This document shows, in pieces, positions 39,072-53,100 of a DNA stretch of 64,000 nt. Below the pieces are notes generated by a model that saw nothing but the letters and a program-made list of their open reading frames with translations, was not told the origin of the DNA and ran no database searches. The stretch comes from Octopus vulgaris (Eukaryota), in the NCBI GenBank assembly GCA_951406725.2, contig OX597814.1, forward strand, positions 116,684,001-116,748,000, read 5' to 3'. Numbering within the stretch: the stretch's first letter is position 1; every line of letters begins with the position of its first letter. The translations under genes and the position numbers were made by a program.

Positions 39072-39484
39072 TTACAATTAAATAATTAAATTTAGAAAAA
39101 TGAAAAGAAAAAGTTTTTTTAAAAGAATATTTGTATAGTGTTCAAATATAAGTGACATTGTCCTTGTTTCTGCCTTTCTCTGTCTCTCATGTTTGCTCTT
39201 GTGGGTTCAAGATCGTTGTGAATTCTTGGTAGGGAAGAAGAAGGAGAAGGAGGAGGAGGGGAGAAGGGGAAGAAGAATTTGGGATTGCCTTGATTGTCGA
39301 TGGAACTGCGAGTAACCACTGACCAACGAGAAGACTCGTTTACGATCTTGTGTGATTTCATATCGCTGCGCGTTGTTACTACACCGATAACTACCGAGCG
39401 CGTGAGTGTGTGTGTATATATATATATATTTTTTTTTTTTATTTCATCTAGTTTCAGCTCAAGCTGTGGCCATGCTGGGGCACC

Positions 39485-39540
<56 letters not shown>

Positions 39541-39599
39541 AAGCTAATCAAATAGTTTTTATTTCTCTCGGATATTTTGGGGGATAAACTTTCAACATA

Positions 39600-40500
39600 A
39601 GTAATAAACACACATTAATTTATTTCGTTGCCATAGGTGCAGATCACAGCTGTTTAGAGATAGTGAGCTTTTTAAACGTCGCAGTATCTTTTTAATAAAA
39701 AGTTCGGATGGAATTTGATGCCGCAAGTGACAATGCTCCATCTACATCATTAAAATAACTCTTTAAGGTGGTACGCTGTAAGGGCACTAAAATTAATCAG
39801 CACGATTGTAGAAAAATCAATCGGAACCATCACGAAAACTCTACAAGTGTACGACAGGTCTTTCAGAACAGTGGTGTATGAGAACTTTCGATGCAAGCCG
39901 TATATACCGAGAGAAAGGTGAATTCATATAAACAAAGAGACAAAAAGCTCGCCCGATCCACATCAAGCGGTTACTTAACAAGGTTAAAAGACTTTACCAA
40001 CATGGCATGATTCGGTTATTCTCTAGTGAAAGAAACTTTGACTAAGAATAAAATCTAAAAGATGAAATTATAGCTGGTTGTGTACAGATCTTCCTGGTGT
40101 CTCTTGTGTGATGCAAATTATGTTTTCAGTAACTATGGTGGTTTGAGGAGTGTTCAGTAACGAAGATCATACGATACTAGCATCTTTGCACAAGCTTTTA
40201 GAACCAATGCTGCTGGATACGTTGAGGTGTGGCAGTCAGTTGTAGGAATATGCATCAATGAATTAGGTGGTAGGAGGTTACACGTCTTTCCACAAAACTC
40301 AGCTCTGTTTCACGTAGCACATGTAACCCAAGAATAGTTGTCCGCCAATATTTACGAGATCATGTAACACCGAACTAGTGGCCCTCAAACTGGCTAATTT
40401 GAATCGCTTGGACTTGTATGAATGAAACGTTGCGGAAAGGGAGACAAATCGGCATTCTCACAATATCATAGTTCACTGAAGGCCGCAATTTTTTAGGAGA
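39600..40500 (+). mobile_element. Highly degenerate maT/Tc1-like transposase remnant
   Basis: FSSERNFD, MVV*GVFSNE, VFPQNSA, W....ANLNRLD-like remnants similar to the 24255 and 27465 copies. Confidence 0.55.
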
Positions 40501-42059
40501 AGACAAAAATGAATAAATACCAAGTATGACAAGAATCCAACGTTAAAGTATCAACAAAGCTAAACCCAGATTCATAGAATAATTGCCTGAGAAAATGTAT
40601 TGAGGACATCTTTACTGTTTGTTGTGAAGGTGCAGAGTATGTGTTTTCTTCGCAAATTTTCAAGACAAATCCAAATATTTTCTTAGATCTGACGAGGCAA
40701 TATACAGCAAAAATGGCAAATACAATCAAATCCAAAATATAAAGAAAAAGAATTAGCATTTATGGACAAAAATAAAAACAAAGTCTTTTAAAATAAATAC
40801 TGAGGTCCGTTGTTCGATTAAACCTATACGGCACTGCTCCAGCATGGCTGCAGTACAGTGAGTTAAACAAGTAAAAAATAAAATAAAATAAGCAAAACTG
40901 ACAAATGGGAAGATTAAGTTAATGTATTATGCTATGAAGTGTAAGCGATGTTGACGTCGTTATAAACTTTACTCAATATCAAACATGAAGCCTGAGAGGA
41001 TATTGTACAATTATCTTTAATACTAAGTATGTGAAAGTGACGTAGCAATGATAATCTAGCAAAGGCCTGCCAAGAATGACAAGAAGATCAAATCGTATAG
41101 TTCTGATATCATTACGAATGACAGGAATGTAAATCTCTATATTCTGATAGACATCTCGATATTTTCTGACCAAAGCATTGGACAAAAATTAGTTGAAAAA
41201 TTATTAAAGTAAACACGACTCAGAATAGAAACAAACAAGGTGTAGCATATTTACAGGTAAAAAAAAAAGTTTGCAACAATAATTGATATGTTGGTGATTA
41301 AGAAAAATATGAGGAATACATCAGAGTATAATACAGACTTGTTAGAAATGTTTATGAAATATTAGTTGCTTCAAAGTTTGACACAAGGTCTGATATTTTA
41401 GAAGGAGACAGCAAGTCTCCTTCTAAAATACATATTTTGTCGACTTTGAAAGGTTAAACAGCAAAGTCGATCTCGCTAACATTTGAACTCAGAACGAAAT
41501 GGTCCGGAAGTATTTATTAAATAATAATATAAACATTGACCTAACACTTAAAGTAGGCTTCCTTACAATTTTAAATTGATAGGTAGCAATGTATCAGTTT
41601 TGCTAGAGATGCCTGAATCGAATAGTAGATATCACGGGAGACTAAAAGAAATAACAATAAACGTAATGTCGTACGTGAAAATAAACCTCAAGAAAACTTA
41701 ATAAAAATATATAAATTATATATACAGTAAAGAGCCGTCATCTGCTACTAAATTTTCTATTATAAAATATCTAATGAAGGAGAGAACATGTGTAGTAATG
41801 AATAAATAAAAACGAATGTAAAAGACTGCAAAATAGGGACAAAAATAATAAACTGATTACTGTCATCAAAGAAGCCAACAAAAAATATAGGAGGCTGAGA
41901 TAACAGGCATCGAGGAAACGGAGTGGGGTGGTAGGCAACAGTGTATAATTAAACAAACTTAGCAGAATATGGGATTGCAAAATGCGCTATTATCGGTAAA
42001 CAGAGAAATGAATAAATATAAAAACAAATACATCATGGTGACTAAAATCTTTCAAGCAG

Positions 42060-43400
42060 AACTTAAACATAGAATGTATGTCACTATTTTGTTTTATTCC
42101 AAGATTTCTTGCCAATAGAGAAGGAGCCGGTTTCTAACCTAGATCCAAGTCTCCTTCATTGAAATTTCAACATACATACAATCTTTGTATGTATGAATCT
42201 ATGTCATTATTTTGTTTTATTTCAAGATTTCTTGCCAATAGATAAAAGTCCGGTTTTTAACCTAGATCCAGGGCTCCTTCATTGGAATTTCAACATCACT
42301 AATAGGGTAGGATCTTTTTGGTTTGAAAGGCATTTTTTTCTAGCGGTGTCATATGAAATTGTCACCCATAATTATGACCCTACTGTCGATCTATTGCATT
42401 TCAATCTATTTGAGGGTTAGGGTTAGAGGTGGGGGAAAGGGTATCTTTTTTCTTCACAAATGTAAATAAACCCAATCTGTTTCTTAAATGAGGTACATAT
42501 TCATACGGCACAGAATGTTTTTTACCTCAATGGACGTAATTGATTGGTTGAAATTGCAGAACTTGAAGAAAAAGCACAACAAATATCTTACAAACTATAG
42601 ACTTTTCTCAATTAAGCCAAGAAAAAAAAGATGTTTTATAAACACATTCTACCAGTATACGAAGTTTAAAATGTTTTAGTTACCTAGAAATTATGTTAAA
42701 AACTGCCGTTCAAACCGAAAAGATCCATGGGGGTATTTTTGTATGTATGTGCAGATCTGTATGTTTATGTATGTATTATCATGCATATAGTTGCATATCT
42801 TGACATGAATATATATATATATGTATGTATGATTGTATGTATGTTTGTATATGTCCAAATTTGTACGTTTTGCTTTATGCATGTATTGTCATGCATATAG
42901 TTGTATGTCTAGACATGCTCATCTATACATAAATGATAAATGGAAAGTTTTACAGATTTTTATAGTTCCAGTGATGGCTTGGATCTAGTCTTCGAATCAT
43001 TTTTCTCATTCCTTGTTTTGAGAAGCCTAATTCCTCAAGATACCAGTGCCACAATGTTTACAGGTATAAACCTGAACTTGAAATTTGGAATTAGGAACTG
43101 CAGATTTTTCCATAGTTCTGCATATTTTCTTTTTCGCTGATCTTTAGACATATGTTACCATCAGCTGGGCAGCTGATTACCACAACTGGGCATATTTTCT
43201 CTTCTCTATCTCAAAATACGAAATCAGGACTATTTTGTATATATTATGTTGATGTTTTCACTGGGTTATCCCATCAGTACTCCATTTTATTATGGGTGGC
43301 TATGGGGTCTACCACATTCTAATTTGTATTTCTTAGACCTCGGGGTTATCCTTCCGACAAATCTCGTTATACGGTGTCCTACCTACAACATCATGCCTCA
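42060..43400 (-). mobile_element. 3' end of an RLE-type (R4/Dong-like) non-LTR element, with duplicated 3' UTR and a nested MITE; related 3' end at ~56130-56215
   Basis: RHDVVGRTPYNEICRKDNP and VVISCPADGNICLKISEKE (RHD and restriction-like endonuclease motifs); tandem 42076-42180/42198-42300. Confidence 0.7.
42310..42726. mobile_element. MITE with GGATC-terminal TIRs
   Basis: ggatctttttggtttgaaaggcatttt / aaaactgccgttcaaaccgaaaagatcc; flanks aatagggta / atgggggta. Confidence 0.75.
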
Positions 43401-43444
43401 TCAGCAGATATGTATGTCTGTATGTTTACATGTTTACATGTATA

Positions 43445-43493
<49 letters not shown>

Positions 43494-43763
43494 TTTATAA
43501 TAGGGTTCAGCAAAGATTTACTTTACCACATACCGAAGTTTAGAAATAGCAGTCAAAGAAAATTAGCTATTTCCTCTACTTTAAAAAGACTCCCGGAAAA
43601 AAACAAATTACTCGAAAACAATCCACGAAGGCAGAGAGGAAAAATAAGGAAATCAATCGATACTAGATTACCCTTGTACGAGTTTCGGAATTCGATCGGT
43701 ATAAAGAATGTGTAATTAATACTTTACCCGAACATTTTCTTCATCTGCATGGGACTTCCCATG

Positions 43764-43826
<63 letters not shown>

Positions 43827-43927
43827 CTCGCTTAGCCAGCAGGATGGCGTCATTTGAAGGCTAAAACAATACGAAGCACATTGTGACCAGCGATGTGTAA
43901 CAGCATCTGATAGCCTGGTCGGTCACG

Positions 43928-43994
<67 letters not shown>

Positions 43995-44033
43995 ATATAT
44001 ATATATACATGTATGTATATATATATATACATG

Positions 44034-44127
<94 letters not shown>

Positions 44128-44129
<2 letters not shown>

Positions 44130-44368
44130 CTGTGGCTTAGTGGTTAGGGTGTCAGTACCATGATCGTAAGATTGTGGTTTCGATTCCTGAACCGGGCGAC
44201 GAGTGTTCTTGAGCGAAACACTGCATTTCAGGGTTGCTCCAGTCCACTCAGCTGGCAAAAATGAGTAACGCTGCGATGGACTAGCGTCCCCTCCAGCTGG
44301 AGGAAACATAGGCCATAGAAACCGAGAGACCGGGTCCATGAACCTGGCTAGGCTTTAAAAGGGGCGAG
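44128..44368 (+). mobile_element. tRNA-derived SINE family C
   Basis: tggcttagtggttagg (A box) and gtttcgattcc (B box); related copies at 62333-62640 (+) and ~52385-52625 (-). Confidence 0.8.
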
Positions 44369-44862
44369 AGAAAAAACAAGAAATATATCGCCTAGGGCAA
44401 TATATTAGTTTTACCCTTGCAACTAGTGTAATTCATTGAAAATCATGTAGAAGGAGTAACAGATTAAATACATGTTAATGTTTCGAACAGAGATAAAAAA
44501 CGTAGTTTTCAATTGTATGAGTATCAAAATATTAAAATAAACACGAACTTTCAAAGCTATAGATCTTCTACCTTTCTGAGACTACTTAGTATATAGAATC
44601 CATAACAGTACATAATACGTCTTCGAAATGTATTAAATTATAGCAGTCAATGAAGAAAATATTTTGAAAATGAACTAGAAATCATTGCAGAAAAGTATTT
44701 GCAATTAATATGATTATAAATTTAACTTGAAAAACATATGGTGCTATGTTTACGTGGAATTTGTAAATGTTGTATCATAACTGGAGAATACTTTTTATTT
44801 GGAAAAAAGTATGAAGTGTCTTAAAATATTTCTTTTTAATGTATGATTTTGTAAGGAAAAAT

Positions 44863-45510
44863 ATTTTCTACTCTAGGCACAAGGCTCGAACTTTTTGGGT
44901 AGGTAGCCAGTCGAATAGATCGACTCCAGTACGCAATTGGTACTTAATTTATCGACCCCGAAATGATGCACGGCAAAGCTGACCTCGGTAGAATGTGAAC
45001 TGAGAACGTAAGGACAGACGAAGTACCTATTCCTTTACTACCCACAAGAGGCTAAACACAGAGAGGACAAACAAGGACAGACAAACGGATTAAGCGAGTA
45101 CATCGACCCCAGTGCGTAACTGGCACTTATATAATCGACCCCGAAAGGATGAAAGGCAAAGTCGACCTCGGTAGAATTTGAACTCACAACGTAACGCCAG
45201 ATGAAATACTGCTAGGCATTTGGCCCGGCGTGCTAACGTTTCTGCTAGTTCGCCGCCTTGATTTTGCAAAGAATATTACAGGGAAACTTAAGGCGTCGAG
45301 TTTGTAGGATCGTTAGCATGCAGAGTGAAATTTTTTGCACCATTTTTTGCGTGTTTAACATGTGAGTTCAAATTCCGCCTATGTCGACTTTGCCATTCAT
45401 CCTTGCGTGGTCTATAAAAGAAGTATCAGTCGAGTATTGGTGTCTATATAATTGAATATCCACCCCCACTTCCTCGAACCTATTTTCCTTGTGCCAAATT
45501 TGAAATGGAT
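44863..45510. mobile_element. Dimeric SINE B (-, 44863-45259) head-to-head with a SINE B (+, ~45288-45510)
   Basis: Same dimer organisation as 12661-13058; the + copy has gagttcaaattccgcc..gtcgactttgccattcatcc. Confidence 0.8.
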
Positions 45511-47103
45511 ATTATTGGGAGAGTGAGATGCCAATAGCAGAGAAATGCTTCACATCATTCTAACATAATGAGAATACATTAGACGATAAATATTAAAAAT
45601 CGATGAGGACTCCTACTTTAATAATCAAGGTTTGATTATTTTTAGGTTGAAGGAAAGAAGAAACTAGGTTTCATTCTTCAACAGTATGCTTAGCTTTGAA
45701 CGTTTTCAATTAAGCTTCCGCCTGATCGTGAATTCCAGTAAATTTAACTATATTTCTATTTCTCGCATGATCAGCATTAAGTTACCAAATGACTTTTTAA
45801 TTAAGAAAGATTACATAAATATCATGTCGATGTATCGATTAATAGTGAGACACTGAAAGCATATGTCAGGAATTATTTTAGGTAGCTTCTTAACAACTTA
45901 GTAAACTTAAAGTGTTTAACGATCTAAACCAAAGAACACTGCTGATGCTTACTCCAACACAACGTACTATGTGCAGACCAATACTTTAACATGGTTCACA
46001 TCTGGTCCACATATTTATGATGTATTAACTATAAATGTATTGAAATTCTATTTTCAAACAACTTTCAAAATTATATCAGCAGTTTATCAATTACTAATTA
46101 CGGTATTCTGTGCTTAAATGCGCAGCCATGGTTGTATGATGAATTTACATTTCCAACTCTGTGTTTTCGGGTTCAGTCCCACTTCACCTCAACTTGGGGA
46201 CGTGTCTTCTATTCTAGTATACTCCCATGTAATTAAATTTGATAGATAGAAACTGCGTGGAAGTCTCTCGTATGTGCGTCTATATAAATATGATGTGTGT
46301 GTGTGTCTGATAGTGTTAGTCAGCGTATACAGTACCTTTATGTTGACGTTTGTCGTCCCAGTGCTTGACTAAAGGCATTGAATTGTTTACGTTCTGTAAG
46401 AGTCTTGTTCTTTCAACAGATATGTACGATAATCTTTAAAGCCAACATCACGATAAAATACATGTATACAGGAAAACTGATATAATTATCTATCTGGCAC
46501 CAATGTGTTTTTCTCAATTCTTATCGAATCCACTGAAAAGCCTCTGACGAATCCGTCGCCATAACTATCTCATCCTTTTTTGCAATGTATCACTTCCAAA
46601 ATCCAACTATAGAAATTTCTCTTAATCCACTTCCCGCAGAATGGCCATTCACTTTATTCCCATGGAATTTTTCCTGCAAACAAAGCTTCAAGATTAGGAT
46701 GGCCTTCTCTTTTCATGACACCATTTAAAAAATGTACCGTAAACAAATAAAATATAAAGCAAAAAGAAGCTTGCTAAAAGCCTTACAATATCCTTCGCTT
46801 CACTTAATATACCCCTATAAATTTGTTTTTGGAGATACCTACTTCCCTTCGTTTATAAAAACTTGTATATTTTTTCTTCATAATATTAGCATTAAATATA
46901 AAACGAAACTAAAATTTAAATCACGGCAGTTTTAATATTTGGTCAAAATTGCAGAATCGAAATAACATTAAGGTATATAATATTAAGGTGAGAGATATAG
47001 TTTCTAATTCTTCAATAACAACACTGAAAAATTGAGGAAGTATTTATTTCATTATGTTGTAAGTATTCGTATATATAAAAGTTGTCAGATATATATATCT
47101 ATA

Positions 47104-47144
<41 letters not shown>

Positions 47145-47602
47145 TTAGAGATAAAACCACTATTAGGCAAATCAAACAGTGAAAAACATAAACCAAAACA
47201 TAGAAATAAAATTAATTAATTAATAATAACAATAATATAATATATTATACAAAATATATAAAATACAAAATTCAAATTTAAATTATTTAAATTTAAAGTT
47301 AAAAATTAAAAAAATATTCAAATTATTAATTTATACTTATAAATTTTTATATAAATATATGTAAATATTTATTATTTTTTATTTTTATTTTAAGTTTTTA
47401 TTTATTTAATTATATATTTATTAATTTTTTTATTTTTTAATTTTTTAGTTATTTATTTATTTATTTAAAAAAATTTATTTTATATATAACTATCAACAAG
47501 TATTAAAAAGTTCAATATAAGATAAAAAGTAAAACCACTACGATCGTTTCATGCCCCAACCCAATTCGAATAACAATAATTTAAATTCAAATAATAATTC
47601 GA

Positions 47603-47666
<64 letters not shown>

Positions 47667-47828
47667 GTGTGTGTGATTGTGTATAGAAGAATATATTAAT
47701 AAAAAGAATTCCAACCTTGTCTGATTTTCACGTTTTATTTACAATCTTATAATGATATATTATAAGATAATATATTATAATTGAATAAAATAAAATGAAA
47801 TAGTAGAATGTTAAATATTCATTCTGAT

Positions 47829-47873
47829 TGAACTAGTACTTTCATGCATTGAATTCTGCAATCTTCGGGTTCA
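47829..47873 (-). ncRNA. Minimal type I hammerhead ribozyme with one core substitution
   Basis: Reverse complement tgaac-CCGAAGA-t-tgca/tgca-t-GAAA-gtac-TA-gttca; 5-bp stem I; AGTACT palindrome. Confidence 0.7.
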
Positions 47874-48368
47874 TGTAGTAGTGTTGACAGTCATGCTTCA
47901 CAATTTTTGACTGTAGCAAGATGATTGATTCTGTGCTATAAATACAGCTGGGAGAGGCTCCAGAGTGCTAGGTTTTGCAAACTGTATTCTGACCAATCAG
48001 TGTGTAGTATCACTGAATTACTTAAGCTGATTGGTTGGTTGAGCTGATTGGTTTAGGCATCACGCTTTGTTGGACATGTCAAGAGTCCTGTATCTTGACC
48101 CTGGCCGAAGCAGTAATTGTTGGGTTATTTTTAGAAATGTTGTAAATATCCTTTGTCAGAGATCTTTATATTTTTATATTTCAATTGTCATCATCATCAT
48201 TGTCAGCACCTTAATTATTGTTGCTAGTGGTGATGGTGGTGGCAATAGAACTTTTAACCCTAAATAAGATAATTTTCCTGCTAACTTCATCTTGATCACC
48301 TTTAGTATTGTTGTTGTTGTTAGTGGTCATGGTCGTAGCAGTGGAAGTAATACCTCTAAGTATTATTA

Positions 48369-49612
48369 TTATTGCTTATTTAGCTTGGGTTCGAATTTAT
48401 TAATAAAATTCTTTTCTCTGATTTTCCTCTCGATTTCACTTGGGCTGTGTAATTTGTAGAATGGAAATATTATATATATGTTCCAACCACATGTTGCTAG
48501 GTGGTTACTCAAAGGTATCTGACGGACCTCTGGGTCTCTAATCTGTTGCCGGTGTACACGTGAGCGTTCTAATAGTGCGTTTCCCGTCTGACCTACATAT
48601 ATTTCTTCACAATTTGGGCATTTGATGCAGTAAATTAAATTTCTGCTTTTGCAGTTCATATTCGCGTTTGTGAATATTTTCCCGGTTTTTGTGTTTATAT
48701 ATTGACCGGTATGTATGAATTGGCATGTGCCACATCGGCTATCATTGCATTTAGATACCGTGAATGTTTGGTCTTTGTTGCTGAGGTCAAATTTTGCCTT
48801 TGTTAGTAATGTTTTCAATTTTTAGGCTGTCTTTTACTAAGCACCATAGCTCGATCCGTGATTATGTCTTTTAATTCATTACTTTGGGCAATGATTGGTA
48901 GGTTTGCTTTGGCAATGTTGAAGATATTCTGGTGACATGGGTTGTGTGTCACTATGAATGGTATGACTTGTTCTTGGTTTCCTCTTCCTTGGGTTGTCCT
49001 AAGTTGTTGTATGGGTATTTTTATAGCCCGCTGTATGCCATTTTCTATAAGTAGAGATGGGTATTTTTGTTTGAGCAAAAATTCTCTTAGTTCTATTAGG
49101 CGTTTGTTCCTGATATTTGCATCTTCTACGATAGTACAAATTCTTCTGGCTAGGCAGTATGGGATGTTACGTTTTGTATGTGGTGGATGGCACGACTTAA
49201 AATTTAGGTATTGATGTGTGTCTGTGTGTTTATAGTATATATCTGTGGTGATGGTGGTGTCTTTTTTAATTACCATTATATCCAGGAATGGTAATTTGGT
49301 ACTACTCATCTCCTTTGTAAATTAGAGAGATGGGTGTAGGTTGTTCAGGAGGATATTGAACTCTTCCAGAGTATTTAGAGATTCTGTCCAGATTATGAAA
49401 CAGTCGTCTAGGTATCTCTTCCATGCCTTTTCAATATACTTTCTAAATCCAGTGCCATAGTTTACCTCCACCTCTTGGTAGAGTTGTTCTTCTAAGTATC
49501 CCATTACAGAGTTGGCGTAAACGGGAGCAAACCTCGTTCCCATCGCCGTGCCTCTAATTTGGATGTAATTCTTTCCATTGAAGAAGAATGTGTTATTTTC
49601 TAGAATAAGTTT

Positions 49613-49616
<4 letters not shown>
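48369..49616 (-). pseudogene. PLE RT plus GIY-YIG endonuclease (one stop at 49322, one frameshift at ~48817)
   Basis: GTAMGTRFAPVYAN, WKRYLDDCFIIW, LPFLD, SCHP, KCNDSRCGTC, NLIYCIKCPNCEEIYVGQT. Confidence 0.93.
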
Positions 49617-49665
<49 letters not shown>

Positions 49666-49669
<4 letters not shown>

Positions 49670-50045
49670 AGACAAAATTCCTGCAAAAGTTCAATTTGAC
49701 AACTCTACCAGAGTCGACGAAAGCGCTTATATATGATATACGATTTATAAATACATGTAACATACTAATAAATATCTGAAGAGGTACTCCAAAATATATT
49801 TACATATATTTATTAGTATGTTACATGTTTTTATAAATCATATATCATATATATAAGCGCTTTCGTCGACTCTGGTGGAGTTGTCAAATTGAACTTTTGA
49901 AGGAATTTTGTCTCTTTTTATGAAACAAAATTCCTGCAAAGGTTCAATTTGACAACTCTACCGGAGTGGACGAAAGCGCTAATATATATATGATATATGA
50001 TTTATAAAAACATGTAACATACTAATAAATATCTGTAAATATAAA
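49666..50045. repeat. ~110-bp unit in three copies (forward, inverted, forward)
   Basis: 49666-49775, reverse complement at 49806-49917, forward again at 49925-50045. Confidence 0.92.
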
Positions 50046-50115
50046 ACCATCCAGATTTTTGAGTACCTCATTTCTTCTAATTTATAAAACCTGTACATCA
50101 ACTCCAAACCTTCTA

Positions 50116-50162
<47 letters not shown>

Positions 50163-53100
50163 TAGATAGACATGCGCGTGTGCGTATTATTCTTGTTTAT
50201 ATTGTAGCACATTTGTGTATGCCTAAGTATGAATCTCAAATTTTGATGTCTTTGGGGAGTGATGAGAATTTCCTCTAAAATACACAACTTCTATATAATC
50301 GTTTGTTGACGTTTTTAGAATAAATCTAATGGCATTTGCCAGCGGAGGTTACATATACATTGTTTTTAATAATAAGGTATTGTCCATGAGAATGACTATC
50401 CTTGCAAATAAGTTATTATGGTATGCATTGTCATTTAGCACTAGCAGGAAGTGTTACATTTTAAAATCATTACTTTAATTCATAACTAATTTGATGTATT
50501 GTGATTTTATTAGTATTTCAATAGAGCGAAATGAATGAAATGAATAGGAAGAAACTTTCATTTAAAGGCAAGTTTAAATATTTTACAAAACAGGAATAAC
50601 GACGATAATGTGACTTTTTCGTTGAATGCCGACCGTAAAAAGAATTCAAATTTTATAACATTAAGCTCATACGCAATTATGCGGCTAAAAATTCCATTCT
50701 CAGTCACAGAGTTTCCAGGTTCGACTCTACTGCGTGCTACGTTGGATCGTTCAGAAAATGTCTGGTGCAATGTGAATATTGTAAATGAATAGTGACAGAA
50801 ATTGCTCAATAGCCTGTCTGGTGGCCTGCATGTGTTTGTGAGTGATAGATTTTCTTTCACCCTGCGCAATATCGAATCCTTTAAAATACTGTGTATAGCG
50901 AAGCGCGTTCCCTTGTGCAGATTTTTATAATCATTTTGATCGGGAGGAAATGTGAATAACCAAGACATAAGCCAGTTTCAAACGTGCACAGTTTTTTCTC
51001 TGAAATAATAAAAGTAGTCTCGGCTTTTGATACGGATCAGCGAACAAGTGCTTCGTCTCTTCTTAGATTCATTAGACCGGCGTGTCTCTGGTTGACAAAA
51101 CGCAATGATGTCGAAACTGCATGTTTCAGAGACCCTCGCGCTAATGATTCGATTGTATTATGAGCATATATTTATCATAAATCTAGGTGTTGTTCTCCTG
51201 TGAGGAAACACAGCACCAATTAACATATTCTCATTCGAATCTATTGGAACGTTTTAAGAATATATATACAAATCCTCGTATATTCTAGGAAAAATTATAA
51301 TATCGGGCTTTGTGAAATTGAACCTATTTTAGCTTAGTAGCATATTCCATTTGCTTGAGATGAAAAATCAATATACAAATACAAACAGCCCACAGCTAAA
51401 TATATTTCATTTCTTAAATCATGAGAGAAAATAATAAATAAAGCATTGTTGATTCAGTCAAAATTAATTTGAGTGTTAGATATTTTCATACTTGAATATG
51501 TCCGGTCTTTGAAATATTCAGATTAGATAAGAATATGAAAAGCTGAAATTGCCGTTAGTTTCTTTACAGAGCATAGATTCCTGCTAAATGAACAAAAGTA
51601 TTTACGTTACGAGCATATTGATATTTCATGCAAGTGTCAGTTCATTAAACTCTGTTGATATAAAAACTTGTAAATAATTTGATGCAAATTTGATGAACAT
51701 TTTCAACATTATTATCATCATTAACATCCTCATCATTATCGTCATCGTCTTCGTAATTTTTATTGTTATTGCTATTGCCGACGTCGTAGTTTGTGTTGTT
51801 GCTGTCATTGCTTTATCAATGTTTTCATAAACTGATTTATTTAGGAGAGATTTTATCCCATGTTTCGGTGATGACAATTTTTAACAATCACATTTCAGTT
51901 AGTTATAGAATAGATATGATACTTAACAATTCGTGTCTCAATTCTGATATCTTTGAACCCAGTGCACAAATTACCATGGAAACCGTTTTTACACTTGGAA
52001 TCTTCATTTATCTTAATAGATTCTGATTTTATTTCCAGATTTTCGGATTTCTTTATCCATTACCTGTTCAAAAAGGAATAAACAACATTAGAAAAATCAG
52101 ACATCTTTTTTCGGTTTGTCACTATGGAGAAACAATATAAATCCGGTATTTATCATTCATCCCAATAGACTCTTTCTGAGGGTCATACAGCTATGTCCCC
52201 TTTAAAATTTGCATACATGTCTAGCTATCATGTTAATGGATTGTACTAACGACATAACATTATTGCGTTTATAAACGTGGTACTAGTTCCTCTCAAAATC
52301 TGCTGGCCCTGTGTCCAATAATTTGACACCATTATTTCATCTATTGTTCCTTGCAGCATAAAAAATTAAAAGATAATATAAACACATAGAGCCGGTTTCC
52401 AGTCTAAACTGGCATATACATTTCCCAAATACTGAGCAGATCGCCTTTCTGCCAGAGGTTTATTTGTTTAAGCCATCTGAATGAACTGGATCAAATGAAC
52501 TGAAATCAAGTGAAATGAAGTGTTTTACTCAAAAAGTAAAAAACACGTCACTAGTTCCAGGTATTGAAAGCACAATCTTACGAATATGAATCCACCATCC
52601 TAACAATTAAGCTATACACGTTCACTTTTTGTCTTTGCACGCTGAATGACATTTAACAACCTTTCTTTTGATGAAATACGTTTTAAGAAATTGTTTCTGC
52701 GCGATCGTATCAATTCACTTTTAAGTGCAAAATTCCGTCTCTCAGCTTCAACCAATGTTTTTCATTTTCCCTTTCTTGTATGTATTGGCCTTGTAACTCT
52801 TTCTCTTCCCAGTTATATCATCTGTCGTTCTTCATTGCATTTAAAAAAAAAAATATTTTCTTCAATAACAGCGCATTCACATTTAACAAACCTCCACCTT
52901 TCTCGGTAAACAGAACCACTCGATATTAAATTTCGGATGTGTGCGATACAGATGGTGAGCAGCCTCCTAGTTGTTTTAACTAATTCACATATTCTATCTT
53001 TGTCAGTTTAAAGAAAGGGGCAGAATATTATCTTAACGTTAGTATAACCTAAATATCGATTACCTTCCAGATGTTGGCTTCTTAAATAAACACAAAACTT

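Larger units (their letters stand above)
35290..39415 (-). mobile_element. Penelope-like element with two pLTR copies and an internal inversion, flanked by (TA)n
   Basis: Direct repeats 35293-35483 and 38947-39260 carry HHRs; N-terminal ORF pieces on - (38966 to 37143; NLTHNEL...SKGLKFTPTP, EADKGSAVVLMD); RT-C/GIY-YIG on +. Confidence 0.9.
47141..49616 (-). mobile_element. 5'-truncated Penelope-like element with 3' pLTR, bounded by (TA)n
   Basis: RT/GIY-YIG at 48369-49616, followed by a non-coding tail with an HHR at 47829-47873 and a half motif GAAACGATCGTA at ~47539-47550. Confidence 0.88.

Noticed and set aside
44128-44200. tRNA-like sequences here and at 62335 and ~20690
   Set aside because: They are SINE heads with A/B boxes, lack a proper cloverleaf and continue into SINE bodies
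50550-51200. CpG-richer unique stretch as a promoter/enhancer, and ORF 50558..50968
   Set aside because: No diagnostic motif or protein similarity; it partly overlaps a SINE-like fragment
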